From Moniliella sp. 'wahieum' (Eukaryota), in the NCBI GenBank assembly GCA_003971905.1, contig RSEE01000005.1:124001-188000 (forward strand): 64,000 nucleotides of DNA. The letters are read 5' to 3'. Made by a program: the position numbers and the translations under genes. Under the pieces are notes generated by a model. That model searched no databases and was not told the origin of the DNA. It saw nothing but the letters and a program-made list of their open reading frames with translations. Shown here in pieces: positions 62,809 to 64,000 of the stretch. Positions within the stretch are counted from its first letter, which is position 1. Each line of letters begins with the position of its first letter.

Positions 62809-64000
62809 CTACAGCCGCACAGCTCCATGGTAAAACACGGCATTTTTAGGCATGGTCGTCCGCTGCGGCCGAGGCATGCTCGAGGATGGTGTAGGTGGGT
62901 GGTCTGGGGACAGCGACGGGGACGGGGAGGGGGGTCGCGATGACGAAGACAAAGCCGAGGACGATGGCAATGGCAATGGCGATGCGGACAGGGGGACGGA
63001 AGAAGCAGGGTGCAGGTGTGTATGCGGCTCTCCTGGTTCCGGTACGAGACCTTGGTGATCAATTGGTTCGAGCAGGATGCGGACCTCCTTGACGCCCTTG
63101 ACGGAATCCACGCAGGCCTGCTGCACTGCGCGCTGCACCTCCCACGCGCGCTGCAAACAAATTTCACCGGCCAACTGCAGTCGCAGATCCACAAACGTCG
63201 ACACACCGCTCTTGGTCGCACGCAAATCGTGCCATCCCTTGACCAAAGAAGCGTTCTCGGGCTGCCGCACCACCCGTGCCACGGCCTGCTCCAACGAGCT
63301 CAGCACCGGTTGGGGTACGCTCCGGTCCGACAACTCAGCCATGGAAACCAAGAACAGATCAAACCCCTGCTTGCCAATCAACCCTGCCACCAGCAGCCCT
63401 CCGAGCGGATCCAGGACAGGGAACCCGGCCCAGGATCCAAAGATGGCAAGTGCCGTGATGCCGCTGGAAAGCGAGTCGGAGCGATGGTGCATCGCATTGG
63501 CCTCGAGCACATTCGAGTTCTCTCCTTGGCCACCTTGAGCGTCGCATAGTACAACCACTCTTTGACGCCGATGCTGGCCAGGGCAAACCAGATCGCACGT
63601 GGGTCGAGCACGCCATGGACGTGTCCGTGTGCATGGTCGTGCGCCGCGAAGGAGGCCAGGTCGCCCGCAAAGGAGCAAGGGCCTGCAAAGCCGCGGGTGC
63701 ATGCTCAATAGTGGGCAAGATGGCATCGAGCAAGAGGGTGTAACTGTGTGCCCCAATGCCCACTGCACCAGCTACGAGCGAAATGGACACGCCCAGCGAA
63801 CCAAACGTTTCGTACTTGCCATACCCGTGCGGGTACATCTCGTTCGGAGGCCGTTGTGACAGTTTCCAAAAGAACAGCGTGGCCACATCGGAAAACATAT
63901 CGCTCATCGAGTGCCCTGCATCGGCCAGCAACGAAGCCGAGTGCAGATACAACCCTGCCACCCCCTTGGCCGCACAGAGCACTACATTCGATAGCAGGCC
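62809..64000 (-). CDS. MMT2: Mitochondrial cation diffusion facilitator (Mmt1/Mmt2-like), 5' end outside the window
   Basis: SASLLADAGHSMSD, YPHGYGKYETFGSL, SIGVKEWLY, ANAMHHRSDSLSS, LDPLGGLLVA. Confidence 0.92.

Noticed and set aside
1..64000. Mass pseudogenisation or programmed frameshifting suggested by broken ORFs
   Set aside because: Indels hit essential genes (PMA1, RPL14, ADE1, VPS26) throughout, often in short homopolymers, while the protein motifs stay intact. This is best explained by unpolished long-read error.

Overview
Gene-dense, GC-rich eukaryotic DNA with few, short GT-AG introns. The protein sequences look like those of a basidiomycete fungus, probably Ustilaginomycotina (smut-related); this is inference. 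About 30 housekeeping genes are recognisable, including ATG9, aspartate aminotransferase, USE1, a MoaA/MoaC molybdenum-cofactor gene, PMA1, RPL14, ADE1, RSM23/DAP3, DHX29, APC11, JEN1, MLH3, VPS26, HIS6, SQT1, dynamitin, DDB1-like, AIM7, PEF1 and MMT. Almost every CDS, including essential ones, is broken by small indels, which points to uncorrected long-read assembly error rather than pseudogenes. Gene boundaries were therefore stitched across frames by eye and are approximate. No transposon, CRISPR array, rRNA or tRNA was recognised. Two things stand out. (1) A stretch of about 1.4 kb without a credible ORF (~17200-18620) can fold on the + strand into many nested long-range helices with G-U pairs. 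It contains a loop with an array of UCGUC motifs and is followed by a 5' splice site, making it a candidate large structured ncRNA; it is telomerase-RNA-sized, but no canonical template is visible. (2) The MoaA stop codon lies inside a 5' splice site, so intron retention would give free MoaA ending in GG, while splicing would give a MoaA-linker-MoaC fusion with an internal mitochondrial-presequence-like segment.
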